A stretch of 64,000 bases of DNA. It comes from an uncultured Flavobacteriales bacterium. GTDB taxonomy: Bacteria; Bacteroidota; Bacteroidia; Flavobacteriales_E; Vicingaceae. Location of the stretch: contig OY970294.1 of the NCBI GenBank assembly GCA_963716125.1, forward strand, positions 3,585,396 to 3,649,395, read 5' to 3'. The notes below the pieces were generated by a model. It was not told where the DNA came from. It did not search any database and was given only the letters and a program-made list of their open reading frames with translations. This document shows, piece by piece, positions 41,587 through 52,012 of the stretch; position 1 is the first letter of the stretch, and each line of letters starts with the position of its first letter. The position numbers and the translations under genes are program-made.

Positions 41587-42666
41587 TTATTTTATTTCAA
41601 TACTATAAACATTTCCTTTCCCATCAATTAAATAACCTTTATTTGATCCTTTTATAAATTGAATAGAATTGGCTGAAATATCAGAAATTTTAGACCAATT
41701 ATTTCCATTGTCTATGCTCCTATCGATTCCGTTAGGTCCAACTGCAATAAAAACATCTGCCTCATCGCAATAAGCAACACAAGAACGATAGCCACTTAAT
41801 GCAGATTCAGGATTTTTCCAAGTTTTTCCACCATCTGTAGTATAGATTGAAGTTTCTACAGAAATTAAATCTTCCTCCGTATAATCTCCACCAACTGCTA
41901 CTCCTATATTATTATCTTTAAATGTAATAGAATAAATTCCTCTAGTTGCTTTCCCTTTATAAATTGGAGTTTCAATTGCTACCCATTCCTTATATGGAAG
42001 CATTGAGGTTAGAACTCTTCCCTTTTCACCACCTAAACCTATAAACGCTCTTCTATTTGGACTAAAAGCGATAGATGAACCACTTGCTGCAAAACCACTT
42101 TCAGGCTCTACTGCCTCTATTAAGTTTTCAACTGGTGGAGAAATCCAATTTTTACCTTCATTCCCTGAAACTAAAATAAAGTGTTTGCCATTTACAGGAT
42201 CGCCATAAATCAAACCAAAATCTTTATTCACAAACTCTACAGCATTATAAAACAATTCTTTTGCAGGAAAATTAAATGCCAAGTTCCATTTTTTACCGGC
42301 ATTAGAAGTTCGGTAAACCTTTGGAGGAAAACCCGAATTAATTAAAACAACTGTATCTCTAGAAAATGCAAAAACATCTCTATGATCCAACGTATCAATA
42401 GGTGGTGGATTTATTTTTTGAATAGTCTTTCCACCATCGATAGTTCTTAATATAGTTCCATTAGCACCACTAAACCAAGCTACTGAATCATTTACAACTG
42501 AAATTCCTCTAAGACTTGATTTACTTGGGCTATTCAGCTTTTTTATCTCAGCAAATTGACTTTCGAAAGTAATTTTTTCATTTTCGTCTGCCTTATCAGT
42601 CTCTGTAGCTATATTACTGCAAGCACTCAAAACGAAAAATACAATCCAAATAATTCTTATTTTCAT
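41587..42666 (-). CDS. BNR/Asp-box repeat (Ycf48/sialidase-like beta-propeller) lipoprotein
   Basis: Lipoprotein signal (VLSACSN). It has repeated S-x-D-x-G-x-T-W motifs (TIDGGKTIQ, SNAGKKW, GNEGKNW, TDGGKTW, IDNGNNW). Confidence 0.65.
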   Translation of the reverse strand: MKIRIIWIVFFVLSACSNIATETDKADENEKITFESQFAEIKKLNSPSKSSLRGISVVNDSVAWFSGANGTILRTIDGGKTIQKINPPPIDTLDHRDVFAFSRDTVVLINSGFPPKVYRTSNAGKKWNLAFNFPAKELFYNAVEFVNKDFGLIYGDPVNGKHFILVSGNEGKNWISPPVENLIEAVEPESGFAASGSSIAFSPNRRAFIGLGGEKGRVLTSMLPYKEWVAIETPIYKGKATRGIYSITFKDNNIGVAVGGDYTEEDLISVETSIYTTDGGKTWKNPESALSGYRSCVAYCDEADVFIAVGPNGIDRSIDNGNNWSKISDISANSIQFIKGSNKGYLIDGKGNVYSIEIK

Positions 42667-42694
42667 TTATCAAAAATAAGAGTTTGATAGATAT

Positions 42695-42733
42695 AAAAAA
42701 AGGGTCTTGAAATTTGAATTACAAGACCCTTTT
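42695..42733 (-). terminator. rho-independent terminator downstream of fumC (hairpin AGGGTCTTG…CAAGACCCT, with a T-run on the minus strand)
   Basis: Perfect 9-bp stem. The A6 tract on the plus strand gives T6 after the hairpin on the minus strand. Confidence 0.65.
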
Positions 42734-42750
42734 ATATTGTTTTTATTCTC

Positions 42751-44148
42751 TTACAATGTTCCAATCATATCCAAAGGATTTACCCATTGATCAAATTCAT
42801 CAGCAGTTAAAAATCCAAGATTTACAGCTTCTTCTTTTAGAGTTGTTCCATTTTCATGAGCTGTTTTTGCAATTTTTGAAGCTTTATCGTACCCTATATG
42901 AGTATTCAATGCAGTAACTAACATCAAGGAGTTATTCAAATTCTTTTTGATATTTGCTTTGTTTGGTTCAATCCCGTTGGCACAATGCTCTTCAAATGAA
43001 ACACAAGCATCACCTAGTAAGCGTGCAGATTCCAAAATATTTTTTGCCATCATAGGTTTGAATACATTTAACTGAAAATGCCCATTCATTCCACCTGTGG
43101 TGACAGCTACATCATTTCCAACTACTTGAGCACAAACCATTGTTAAAGCTTCACATTGAGTTGGATTCACTTTTCCAGGCATGATAGAAGAACCAGGCTC
43201 ATTGGCAGGAATGTCAATTTCACCAATTCCACATCTTGGCCCTGAAGCTAACAAACGTACATCGTTAGAAATCTTCATTAAACTCACTGCCAATTGCTTT
43301 AAAGCTCCATGTGTTTCTACTATGGCATCATGTGCAGAAAGTGCTTCAAATTTATTAGCAGCAGTTATGAATGGCAATCCACTAAATTCTGCTATTTTTT
43401 TTGCAACCAATTCAGAATAACCTTTTGGCGTATTGATTCCAGTTCCTACGGCAGTTCCACCCAAAGCCAACTCTGAAAGGTGAGCTAATGTATTATTTAA
43501 TGCTTTTAAGCCATGATCTAACTGAGATACATAAGCAGAAAACTCTTGACCTAAAGTTAAAGGAGTAGCATCCATTAAATGTGTTCTGCCAATTTTTACT
43601 ACTTCCATAAAGTCCTTAGACTTCTTTGCCAAAGTATCTCTCAATTTTTTTACACCCGGAATAGTAGTTTCTACAACCATTTTATAAGATGCAATATGCA
43701 TAGCAGTAGGATAGGTATCATTAGATGATTGAGATTTATTGACATCATCATTTGGATGAATTTCTGTTTTTCCTTCACCTAGTTGGTTGCCAGCTAAAAC
43801 ATGCGCTCTATTAGAAATTACTTCATTAGAATTCATATTAGATTGTGTTCCAGAACCAGTTTGCCAAATAACCAATGGAAATTGATCGTCTAGTTGACCA
43901 TCTAAAATCTCTTCACACACTTTTGAAATCAAATCTCTTTTTTCAGCACTTAATACACCCAATTCGCAATTGGTATGAGCTGCGGCTTTCTTTAAATAAG
44001 CAAACCCTCTAATAATTTCAATCGGCATAGTTTGCTTAAAATCACCAATTTTAAAGTTATTACGAGATCTTTCTGTTTGAGCTCCCCAATATTTATCAGC
44101 CGGAACTTTTACTTCACCCATGGTGTCTTTCTCTATTCGGTAATCCAT
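42751..44148 (-). CDS. fumC: class II fumarate hydratase
   Basis: Fumarate lyase signature [15 protein letters not shown]. Confidence 0.95.
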   Translation of the reverse strand: MDYRIEKDTMGEVKVPADKYWGAQTERSRNNFKIGDFKQTMPIEIIRGFAYLKKAAAHTNCELGVLSAEKRDLISKVCEEILDGQLDDQFPLVIWQTGSGTQSNMNSNEVISNRAHVLAGNQLGEGKTEIHPNDDVNKSQSSNDTYPTAMHIASYKMVVETTIPGVKKLRDTLAKKSKDFMEVVKIGRTHLMDATPLTLGQEFSAYVSQLDHGLKALNNTLAHLSELALGGTAVGTGINTPKGYSELVAKKIAEFSGLPFITAANKFEALSAHDAIVETHGALKQLAVSLMKISNDVRLLASGPRCGIGEIDIPANEPGSSIMPGKVNPTQCEALTMVCAQVVGNDVAVTTGGMNGHFQLNVFKPMMAKNILESARLLGDACVSFEEHCANGIEPNKANIKKNLNNSLMLVTALNTHIGYDKASKIAKTAHENGTTLKEEAVNLGFLTADEFDQWVNPLDMIGTL

Positions 44149-44379
44149 TTTTTTATGTATTTTTTTAAATTTACAAGTTATATTCTTTATTTTTGATTAA
44201 AATTGCAGTCACAAAAGAAAACAAATTATGTTTACAGCCGGATTTTTACTTTTTTTAGCCATTTTTGGTCTTGCATTTTGGGTATTACTTTTCTTATCAG
44301 CTTTTGCTCTTCCTTATGCTATCACAGTTTATGTGATGGAAAAGATGAAAGAGAGAAAAAGCAAAAGCTTAGTCAATTC

Positions 44380-44718
44380 CTAAAGCAAATCATTTACATT
44401 TTCAGGCGGTCTTCCCAGTACTGCCTTATTTCCTTTTACCACAATTGGTCTTTCGATCAATTTTGGGTATTCAATCATTATAGTAATCCATTCATCTTCC
44501 GTAAAATTTGAAGTTTTAAACTTTTCTTTATAGACGGCTTCACTTTTTCTCAATAAATCAGAGGCTTTCAGATTGAGTTTCGATAAAATCAATTTAAACT
44601 CATCCCTTGTTGGTGGTACTTTTTGATAATCGATAATTTCAAATTTAACCCCACTATTTTTAATAATTTCAAGCGTTTCTCTGCTTTTAGAACATCTAGG
44701 GTTGTGATAAATTTTCAT
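44380..44718 (-). CDS. ArsC/Spx-family protein (arsenate reductase-like thioredoxin fold)
   Basis: MKIYHNPRCSKSRETLEIIK… matches the ArsC/YffB family N-terminus. The start is taken at the internal Met (44718); the ORF-track start 44754 overlaps prfB. Confidence 0.7.
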   Translation of the reverse strand: MKIYHNPRCSKSRETLEIIKNSGVKFEIIDYQKVPPTRDEFKLILSKLNLKASDLLRKSEAVYKEKFKTSNFTEDEWITIMIEYPKLIERPIVVKGNKAVLGRPPENVNDLL

Positions 44719-44734
44719 TTCTAAATTATTTTTA

Positions 44735-45830
44735 TTAATTATTTCCGCCACCATATTCCATCAAATATGATTTGATGAATTCATCCAATTCTCCATCCAT
44801 TACATTATCTACATTGGAAGTTTCATGACCAGTACGCACATCTTTTACCAATTTATAAGGATGCATTACATAGTTGCGTATTTGAGAACCCCATTCAATC
44901 TTTTTCTTTTCAGATTCAATTTCGGCACGTTTTTCCAATTTTTTTCGCATTTCAACCTCATACAATTGAGATTTTAAAAGCTGCAGTGCTTTTTCTTTAT
45001 TTCCTAATTGTGAGCGCGATTCAGTATTTTCAATAACAATACCTGATGGTTTGTGATGCAATCGAACACCTGTTTCCACTTTGTTCACGTTTTGACCACC
45101 AGCACCTCCAGATCTAAATGTATCCCATGTAATATCTGCAGGATTTATATTTATTTCAATGCTATCATCCACTAAAGGATAAACATAAACTGAGGCAAAA
45201 GAAGTGTGTCGTTTTGCATTACTATCAAAAGGAGAAATACGCACCAGACGATGCACCCCATTTTCACCTTTTAAATATCCATATGCAAATTCGCCCTCTA
45301 TTTCTACCGTAACAGTCTTAATCCCTGCTACATCACCTTCTTGATAATCAAGTTCTTTAACCTTACAATTATGTTTTTCTGCCCATTGTAAATACATACG
45401 CATCAGCATAGAAGCCCAATCGCAACTTTCTGTTCCGCCTGCTCCTGCGGTAATTTGAACAACAGCACTCAACACGTCTTCTTCTTCGCTGAGCATTTTC
45501 TTAAATTCAAGCTCTTCAACAGTATCAGTAGCTTTTTTAAAAGATTTTTCAAGCTCTTTTTCAGTTGCTTCTTCCTCTTTGTAAAAGTCATAAATCACTT
45601 GAGAATCGTCCACTGCAGACTTGGCTTTTAAATAGCCATCTGTCCAAACTTTTTGATCGCGAATTTGTTTCAAAAATTTTTCTGCAGCTTTTGGATCATC
45701 CCAAAATTCAGGCAACTGAGTACGCTGCTCATCTTCTTGTATTTGAATTAATTTATCATCAACGTCAAAGATACCCCCTTAGCGCTTCCACACGCCCAAC
45801 CAACTCTTTTATATTTTCTTGAGTAACCAT
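44735..45830 (-). CDS. prfB: peptide chain release factor 2, with the conserved programmed +1 ribosomal frameshift at 45767
   Basis: Frame 0 is [21 protein letters not shown] followed by an in-frame TGA. The site reads AGG GGG TAT CTT TGA C, which is the canonical RF2 autoregulatory shift site with an SD-like AGGGGG. After the +1 shift the frame continues DVDDKLIQ… to the GGQ motif ([11 protein letters not shown]) and SPF-domain region. Confidence 0.9.
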
Positions 45831-45931
45831 AATTTGTTAATATAATTTTTGCAAAACTACTTCTTATCGTAGAAAGAGTAGGAATAATAAAGACTAATTT
45901 TTAAGTTTACAGTAGTTTTTTAACTTTAATA

Positions 45932-46522
45932 ATGATTAGCCCTGAAGAAAGAAGAGAGTTACGTCGTTTAAAACGTAAAATAGTTCAGTATCAGTATAAA
46001 AATAAAGAAAATACGATCCATAATCTAAAAAAAGATAATATGGGTTGGATTCACTTTCTTACCATATTTGCATTTTTTATGGGATTTTTTTTGTTGATTC
46101 AATTTGGATCAGTGACTGTTATTTCATTTTGGGGTATGAGTAAGATCTTTGCTATCTTCCTTGCAATAGGATTATTAATTCCGATTAAATGGTATAGAAA
46201 AAAATGGACAATGAATATTTACGAATACTTTTTGGTCAGCTTGCTTGGAATTGCTCCATTTTTTAGTGGTTTAATATTTCTTATAAACTTTAGTTTTAGT
46301 CACACACCGCATATTGAAAGTTATGAAATAGAGAAAATCTCTGAAGGAAATCTTTATTCAGACATTCACCTTAAAAACGACACCCTTTCTGAATATGGCA
46401 TTTTAACCTCAAATGACAGTCGAGAGTATCAGATTATTGAAAATGCCAAAAAAGTAGAATACCACCTTGAATATGGTGCATTAGGAATGAAAGTATTAAT
46501 GGAACGCAAATTTAAATATTGA
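45932..46522 (+). CDS. hypothetical membrane protein
   Basis: 196-aa ORF with three or four TM helices. Confidence 0.45.
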   Translation: MISPEERRELRRLKRKIVQYQYKNKENTIHNLKKDNMGWIHFLTIFAFFMGFFLLIQFGSVTVISFWGMSKIFAIFLAIGLLIPIKWYRKKWTMNIYEYFLVSLLGIAPFFSGLIFLINFSFSHTPHIESYEIEKISEGNLYSDIHLKNDTLSEYGILTSNDSREYQIIENAKKVEYHLEYGALGMKVLMERKFKY

Positions 46523-47003
46523 AAAAAGAATTCAAGATTGGAATTACGACATCACTTTCAAAGCCTTTTTGTGCAGCATAATTATAAACAGATGACTTTA
46601 ACTTATAGAATTCGTCGCTGCTCAACTCTTTCAAATTCTCAGGAATCTTTTTTGTAATAATTTTTTTAGCTATAATTTTATATTTCTCTTGGTCAATCTG
46701 TTCAAATGAAGATTTTATCAAGTCATCACTAATTCTATGAAATTTCAACCCTTGTCGTATTTTTATTTTGCCCCAAGATTTTACATTGAACTTTCCACTA
46801 CTATAGGCCATTGCAAAACGCTTATTGGATATAAAATCACTTTCTAAAAGAACATCTAAAACTCTATCTCTATCAGTTTCTGACACTCTCCATTCTCTTA
46901 ATTTTCTATCCATTTCGGCTTCACTTCTTTCGCGATAAACACACCACTTTTGCGCCTTAAAAATGGCTTTCTCAAATGTTAATGGTTGTGGATAGTTATT
47001 CAT
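46512..47003 (-). CDS. recX: regulatory protein RecX
   Basis: RecX-family pattern (…KAQKWCVYRERSEAEMDRKLREW…DRVLDVLLESDFISNKRFA…). The start is taken at MNNYPQ (47003). Confidence 0.7.
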   Translation of the reverse strand: MNNYPQPLTFEKAIFKAQKWCVYRERSEAEMDRKLREWRVSETDRDRVLDVLLESDFISNKRFAMAYSSGKFNVKSWGKIKIRQGLKFHRISDDLIKSSFEQIDQEKYKIIAKKIITKKIPENLKELSSDEFYKLKSSVYNYAAQKGFESDVVIPILNSFFNI

Positions 47004-47058
47004 CGCAAAGCAAATAGTAATTTTGCAAATTAAACTAAAAATAGGACTTACACCTAAA

Positions 47059-48318
47059 ATGGAAAACAAAAAAGCATTATTCCAACTCTTGACCGCTAAT
47101 GCAATCTCACAGTTTGCCCAAGGGATTAGTATGTTAGCTATTCCATGGTATTTTGCTAAACAACTAGGAGAAGCTTCCTTTTTTGCAACATTTTACGCTG
47201 TTGCTACATTTACAACTCTTTTTTGGGGATTATATGCAGGCACTTTAATAGATAAATTTCCAAGAAAAAATATTTTTATGGCGTTGTGTCTATTTAGTTT
47301 TTTAGTTCTGGGAATATCCTCTGCTATTGGTTTTTATCAGGGTGAAACTCCTATGGTGGTAGCGGCTTTAGTATTTTGTTTTACTATTTTCAACTATAAT
47401 ATCCATTATCCTACTCTCTATGCCTTCGGACAAGAGATTACAGAAAAAGAGAATTATGCTAAAACCAATTCTCTTTTAGAAATTATGGGACAATCCACCA
47501 ATGTGCTTTCTGGAGCCATGGCAATAGTGCTAATTGAAGGATTTTCACAAACAATTTTTGGTTGGAACATATACATCGAAGCTTGGAGTATTCAAGAAAT
47601 ATTTCTGTTGGATGCTAGCACTTATATAGTTGCTTTTATATTCATCAAATCAATTAAATACACCCCAAAGGTTAAGGAAATAAAAGCTAGTAAAGAAAGT
47701 GCATGGTTGAGGTTGAAAGAGGGGTTCCATTTTTTGAAAAAAAATCCATTATTGTTTTATTTTGGAAATGCATCATACACGGTTTTCATATTCGTTTTAG
47801 TTTCTACACATTTGTTGTGGCCTATGTATATAGACCAACATTTAAATGTAAGTGGAGGAATTTATGCTGCTACGAAGGTTATTTATGCTTTAGGAGCAGT
47901 ACTTTCAGGATTTTTCATAACCAAATTGCTATTGAAAACAAATACCATTAAAAGTATAATTATATTGATGGTAACCGCTGCAATTGCATTTTTCATCCTT
48001 ACCATTACTCAAAATTTTTACTATTTACTTTTCCTCAGCATATTCTTTGGAATCAGTAATGCCGGCGTTCGAATAATGAGAGTAACTTACCTATTTAACC
48101 ACATTCCCAACCATATAATTGGACGAACCAATAGTGTTTTTCAGAGTATCAATATTTTTTTAAGATCTGTTTTTATTGGTTTGTTCTCTTTCGCTTTTTT
48201 TGCTGAAGGTTCACAAATTGTTTGGGCATTTGTTATTGCAGTTGTCGCAATCCTTCTATCAATAATACCGTTACTTCTCCATTACAAATCCTTAAATAAA
48301 TTAAAAACAAATATTTAA
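47059..48318 (+). CDS. MFS transporter
   Basis: About 12 predicted TM helices with MFS-like loop motifs. The start is taken at MENKKALFQ. Confidence 0.75.
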   Translation: MENKKALFQLLTANAISQFAQGISMLAIPWYFAKQLGEASFFATFYAVATFTTLFWGLYAGTLIDKFPRKNIFMALCLFSFLVLGISSAIGFYQGETPMVVAALVFCFTIFNYNIHYPTLYAFGQEITEKENYAKTNSLLEIMGQSTNVLSGAMAIVLIEGFSQTIFGWNIYIEAWSIQEIFLLDASTYIVAFIFIKSIKYTPKVKEIKASKESAWLRLKEGFHFLKKNPLLFYFGNASYTVFIFVLVSTHLLWPMYIDQHLNVSGGIYAATKVIYALGAVLSGFFITKLLLKTNTIKSIIILMVTAAIAFFILTITQNFYYLLFLSIFFGISNAGVRIMRVTYLFNHIPNHIIGRTNSVFQSINIFLRSVFIGLFSFAFFAEGSQIVWAFVIAVVAILLSIIPLLLHYKSLNKLKTNI

Positions 48319-48352
48319 AGAAGAAATAGTATTTTTAAGCCAATGAAAAAGA

Positions 48353-48733
48353 AGGAGCAAGAGATATTACTCAAAAAGGCTAAAAGTTTTTTAGAGAAAA
48401 AATAGTAGAATCTCATATTAATTCCGCTTGTAAAAGAGCTGGAAAACTTTCTAATTACAACGTAAATCCTTTTTTATATAAGTATTTAGCAAACTTTCTC
48501 AAAGGAAACGATAATCCAAGAAGTATAGCTGAAGCACTAGTTTTACCAAGTGTTTTAGGTTCTTCAATAAACACTTCTTTTGGAATGAGAATACAAGAAC
48601 GAATTATTTGATGGTTTTGGACCAACTACACCAGGTATCGATATTGAATTTATTGATGCAGTTGAAGGTAGAAAAAAATATTGTCAGTTAAAATCAGGTC
48701 CAAATACTATAAATCACTTTTCATAATGCTTGT
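48353..48733 (+). pseudogene. small conserved-looking gene (~126 aa) broken by two single-base indels in homopolymer runs (A6 at 48407-48412; TTT at 48617-48619)
   Basis: Three consecutive frames read MKKKEQEILLKKAKSFLEKK | IVESHINSACKRAGKLSNYNVNPFLYKYLANFLKGNDNPRSIAEALVLPSVLGSSINTSFGMRIQERII | DGFGPTTPGIDIEFIDAVEGRKKYCQLKSGPNTINHFS. Each frame switch coincides with a homopolymer. Confidence 0.4.
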
Positions 48734-48810
48734 TTACAATTTATAGACACCTTAAAGTTAACAAATACTGCTTAATTAAAAAATTGCCGAAATTTATTAG
48801 GTTTATTCTT

Positions 48811-49170
48811 CAAACTTCGTAACCAATAGATAACAAGCCGATTTGAACTAACAAAAACTTGCAGGTTTTGTCTCCGATTAATCAACTTAGTTAATGCAAT
48901 ATTTTTCAGCCCGTCCGCCAAAGTGCAACGAAGGAGGATTGTCAATTGCTCTTAACTACCGCCTAAACCTGCAAGGTTTAACTTGCAAACATCTCAACTG
49001 ATTGATAACAAGAAGTAACTAAATAACAAAACCTTGCAAGTTTTTGCTTTGATAAAACATTTTAGTAAATATATTAATTTCAATTATCCAACTTTCCTGC
49101 AAATTCTAATTGTACATTTTCAAGCCGTCCGCCGAAGTGCAACGAAGGAGGATTGTCAATTGCTCTTAAC
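48811..49170. repeat. tandem repeat array 1 (~1.7 units, period ~214 bp) of a novel intergenic repeat family
   Basis: Partial unit, then a full unit, then 12 bp. It shares the box CCGCC(A)AAGTGCAACGAAGGAGGATTGTCAATTGCTCTTAAC and the paired near-palindromes AAACCTGCAAGGTTT / AAACCTTGCA(A/G)GTTT with array 2. Confidence 0.8.
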
Positions 49171-50733
49171 AATTTTCTCCGTACTAATTAAATTCCCTCT
49201 TGTATCTGTTATTCTTAAAAAATAAACTCCTGATTTAAGGCTAGACACATCAATTTGAGTATCTGAATAATTAGAATTTTGCTCTTGCACCAATCTACCC
49301 ATTTGATCTAATAAGGTAAAATGCAATTGCACTGGTCTGTAATACTGACGAACTGTAAAATAATCTTTTGTAGGATTAGGAAAAACCTTTATTTCTTCTG
49401 CTTTTTTAATAGGTTCATTGATACCAACAGGAGTTGATTTTCGAGGCCAATAAGCTATACTATCTATATAAGTTACTTTTGCAAAACTGTGTAGATTATT
49501 GTTGTTATCATATTCTGTGCACTGCCCAGTAACCCATAAGCCGCCCTTATCATCTTTTTCCATTCGCCTTACATAACAATAATCATCAAAAGGTAAATAA
49601 TACGACCAATGCAAATCTCCTTTTTCATTTAAACCATAAATAACTGCGTCAGTATTCCATGGCATAGGGTCAACTAAATAGAATCTTTCAGTTAAAGCGG
49701 TCACATATAAATTGCTATCATATTTTAAAATTTGTTGAGTACCACCGGAACCATACTCTGCTGTATCATTTTTTCCATATATTTTTGATACTCCTCCTTG
49801 CTCATTATAAGGGGCATCAATTTCCCGAATTCCAATAGCCAAGTCCCAATCACGTGCAGGATTTGGGTTCGTTTTGGGGTTAAAAATATAATATGGATTA
49901 AAAACTCCACTCATTACCATAAAGGTAGAATCTGAAATAGGAGCCAAAGCTCCCATAAATGTCCCTACTGATGAACCTAAAGTTATATGGAAAGTCCCAT
50001 TAATCTCCATTAATCTATTAGAACCAGGAATTATATTTAAATTCGAATCTATAGTTGTTATACCATTTCCATACAAATTAGATTGACTAACTGAATCTCT
50101 AAATACGTCACTACTTAATCCAGTAAAAGTATTAGCTCTTTTATTCCAAATTAAATCAAGAAGAAGACACGGTGAACCCAAACATTCAGATTCTAATCGA
50201 TTAACGATATTTAAATTAGAATCTAATTCTAGCAATACCATTGTAGATTTATTAGCAATATCAATTTTGGAGAGAGAAAGAAAGTAGTTCTCATTAATTT
50301 TTTTCACAAATAAGATTCCAATTTGTGAATAAGGAGTATCTATATAAACTTTATTAGAAAAATCATCGAGATTCCCCATATTATAATACAACCTATACTC
50401 TTGTTTGGAGGTGTCTGCTACGGTTCCAAATTTTAAAAAAGTATTCTGGTAAGGTATAATAAAATTCGTAAAATTGACTAAATTGGTATCAATAATAGTA
50501 GAATCTATCAAAGTTACATTTTTATTTGCAAACCTTTGAATTTCATACTGATTATAAAAAACATTTGATGTAAGATTTGATGTCTTCCCGTAAACAAACA
50601 ATGTATCTTTATTTAAGTAAGTATTTAAAATGGAATAATTTAATTTGTTAATTGAATTAATGGTTGTCCAAGATTGGGCAAATACTTGTAATGTAAAACC
50701 AAAACCTAATAAAACAGTAATTAGATATTTCAT
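49156..50733 (-). CDS. T9SS C-terminal-domain secreted protein of unknown function
   Basis: 525 aa with a signal peptide. The C-terminus (VFPNPTKDYFTVRQ…GVYFLRITDTRGNLISTEKIVK) is a T9SS CTD. Its last codons and stop lie inside repeat array 1. Confidence 0.7.
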   Translation of the reverse strand: MKYLITVLLGFGFTLQVFAQSWTTINSINKLNYSILNTYLNKDTLFVYGKTSNLTSNVFYNQYEIQRFANKNVTLIDSTIIDTNLVNFTNFIIPYQNTFLKFGTVADTSKQEYRLYYNMGNLDDFSNKVYIDTPYSQIGILFVKKINENYFLSLSKIDIANKSTMVLLELDSNLNIVNRLESECLGSPCLLLDLIWNKRANTFTGLSSDVFRDSVSQSNLYGNGITTIDSNLNIIPGSNRLMEINGTFHITLGSSVGTFMGALAPISDSTFMVMSGVFNPYYIFNPKTNPNPARDWDLAIGIREIDAPYNEQGGVSKIYGKNDTAEYGSGGTQQILKYDSNLYVTALTERFYLVDPMPWNTDAVIYGLNEKGDLHWSYYLPFDDYCYVRRMEKDDKGGLWVTGQCTEYDNNNNLHSFAKVTYIDSIAYWPRKSTPVGINEPIKKAEEIKVFPNPTKDYFTVRQYYRPVQLHFTLLDQMGRLVQEQNSNYSDTQIDVSSLKSGVYFLRITDTRGNLISTEKIVKSN

Positions 50734-50798
50734 ATCATAAATTTATAGATAAAAACACCCAATTAATTATTCGTAATTAATTGGGTGTTTAAAATTAA

Positions 50799-51818
50799 TT
50801 AATAATATTGTATAAGTTGAGCATATTGAATTACTAACACATGTTCGCCTTTATTACTACTTGTAATAGGGTCAGTATAATTTTCACCATACAAATAATA
50901 ATTAATTTGTCCTATTAATGGATTCGATGGAACAACATAGGTAGTCCAAGTGGGAGTTAAATCATTTGCTACAGCTTTTGCACCGGGCTCATAGATATTG
51001 TTCAAGTCAGATTTTGAAAGGCAATCGGCACCGCTATTTCCATTCCATATTCTACTATCATTTCTACCTTTTTCATATCTTGTTTTTATATCATACCACA
51101 CTATATCACATACACAAGTAAAACCAGGTGAGCCTAACTGACTATTGCAGTCACTATTCATCAACATTGATTCCATTCTTAGAGCTGCATCGCCAGCATA
51201 CATAGCTGAACAATCTCCTCTTTTTTGATATGCTTTCCAATCATTATCAAAGCTACAAAATGGAACAAGAGGCTCATAATCATATTTCATATCTACCAAA
51301 ACTGAAATTTTATCTGTAGGGCTAGATCCATAATTATCTAAACCTTCAAAATCAATAACAGATATAAAACTTGAACTTCCATGAGTAGCATAAAAAGTAG
51401 AATTCGTAAATGCATCTTCTACTTCATCTTTTATGGTATTAAAATAGTCTAAACTTTGTCCATCTAAGCTAAAAACACCTTCAGATTCCGTGTAATCTAA
51501 ATCTACTTCAATTTCTAATCTTTCACTGTAATAAGATTTTTTATCAAAGTTTCCAATGTCAGTATTTACAGCTGTTTCTAACAATTTTAGAGTAGTTTCC
51601 AAGTCAAATGTAGCACTCGGTTCATCTCCGTTTAATAAATCCTTTGTATGAGTTATAATATCTGATTCAGTTATTCCTCCAGCCTTATCATTATTCCCTG
51701 CTATACTTTTTGAAGCAGTTGCATTTCCGTTAGGCGAAATTCCTGCATCTTTTTCACATGCAGTAAATATTGCCATTGTGGCTATTAAAAAGCCCACGAT
51801 AATTTTATTCTTTTTCAT
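50799..51818 (-). CDS. hypothetical lipoprotein with a Cys-rich C-terminal half
   Basis: Lipoprotein signal (LIATMAIFTACEKD). Many Cys in the C-terminal half (CSFDND…GDCSAMYAGD…DCNSQLG…FTCVCDIVWYD…GADCLS). Confidence 0.55.
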   Translation of the reverse strand: MKKNKIIVGFLIATMAIFTACEKDAGISPNGNATASKSIAGNNDKAGGITESDIITHTKDLLNGDEPSATFDLETTLKLLETAVNTDIGNFDKKSYYSERLEIEVDLDYTESEGVFSLDGQSLDYFNTIKDEVEDAFTNSTFYATHGSSSFISVIDFEGLDNYGSSPTDKISVLVDMKYDYEPLVPFCSFDNDWKAYQKRGDCSAMYAGDAALRMESMLMNSDCNSQLGSPGFTCVCDIVWYDIKTRYEKGRNDSRIWNGNSGADCLSKSDLNNIYEPGAKAVANDLTPTWTTYVVPSNPLIGQINYYLYGENYTDPITSSNKGEHVLVIQYAQLIQYY

Positions 51819-51981
51819 CGTTTTATATTATTAAGGGCAGATTGCCCAAGTTAATTAAAATTTCTTATTTAGCGCTAAACGAGAAAATATTTTATGGAAC
51901 AATGTTAAGAAAGCTAAAGGGATACGAAAAGGTATTAAATACAAAGCTTATGCATATTTTACAAAACATTTGTACAAAATA

Positions 51982-52012
51982 CAATTGAATGGTACTTAAT
52001 ACCATTTAATTG
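51982..52012. promoter_or_regulatory. 31-bp palindrome CAATTGAATGGTA-cttaa-TACCATTTAATTG, with a second dyad AAATACAA-atcaa-TTGTATTT 15 bp downstream; candidate operators in the divergent promoter region
   Basis: 13-bp inverted-repeat arms with one mismatch. It is flanked by repeated ACAAAATACAA motifs, ~160 bp upstream of the XRE-family regulator gene. Confidence 0.4.

Noticed and set aside
44203-44511. 102-aa plus-strand ORF
   Set aside because: It is antisense to the ArsC-family gene and the fumC upstream region, and is low complexity. Spurious.
48946-49010. 20-codon mini-ORF with a perfect SD (AAGGAGG-8nt-TTG CTC TTA ACT ACC GCC GAA ACC TGC AAG GTT…TAA) inside each repeat unit
   Set aside because: The reading frame is not conserved between units; unit 1A has an in-frame TAA after 5 codons. 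Conservation of the SD-like box is therefore more likely structural or regulatory than coding.
49034-49225. 63-aa plus-strand ORF
   Set aside because: It lies entirely within tandem repeat array 1 and is not conserved in array 2.
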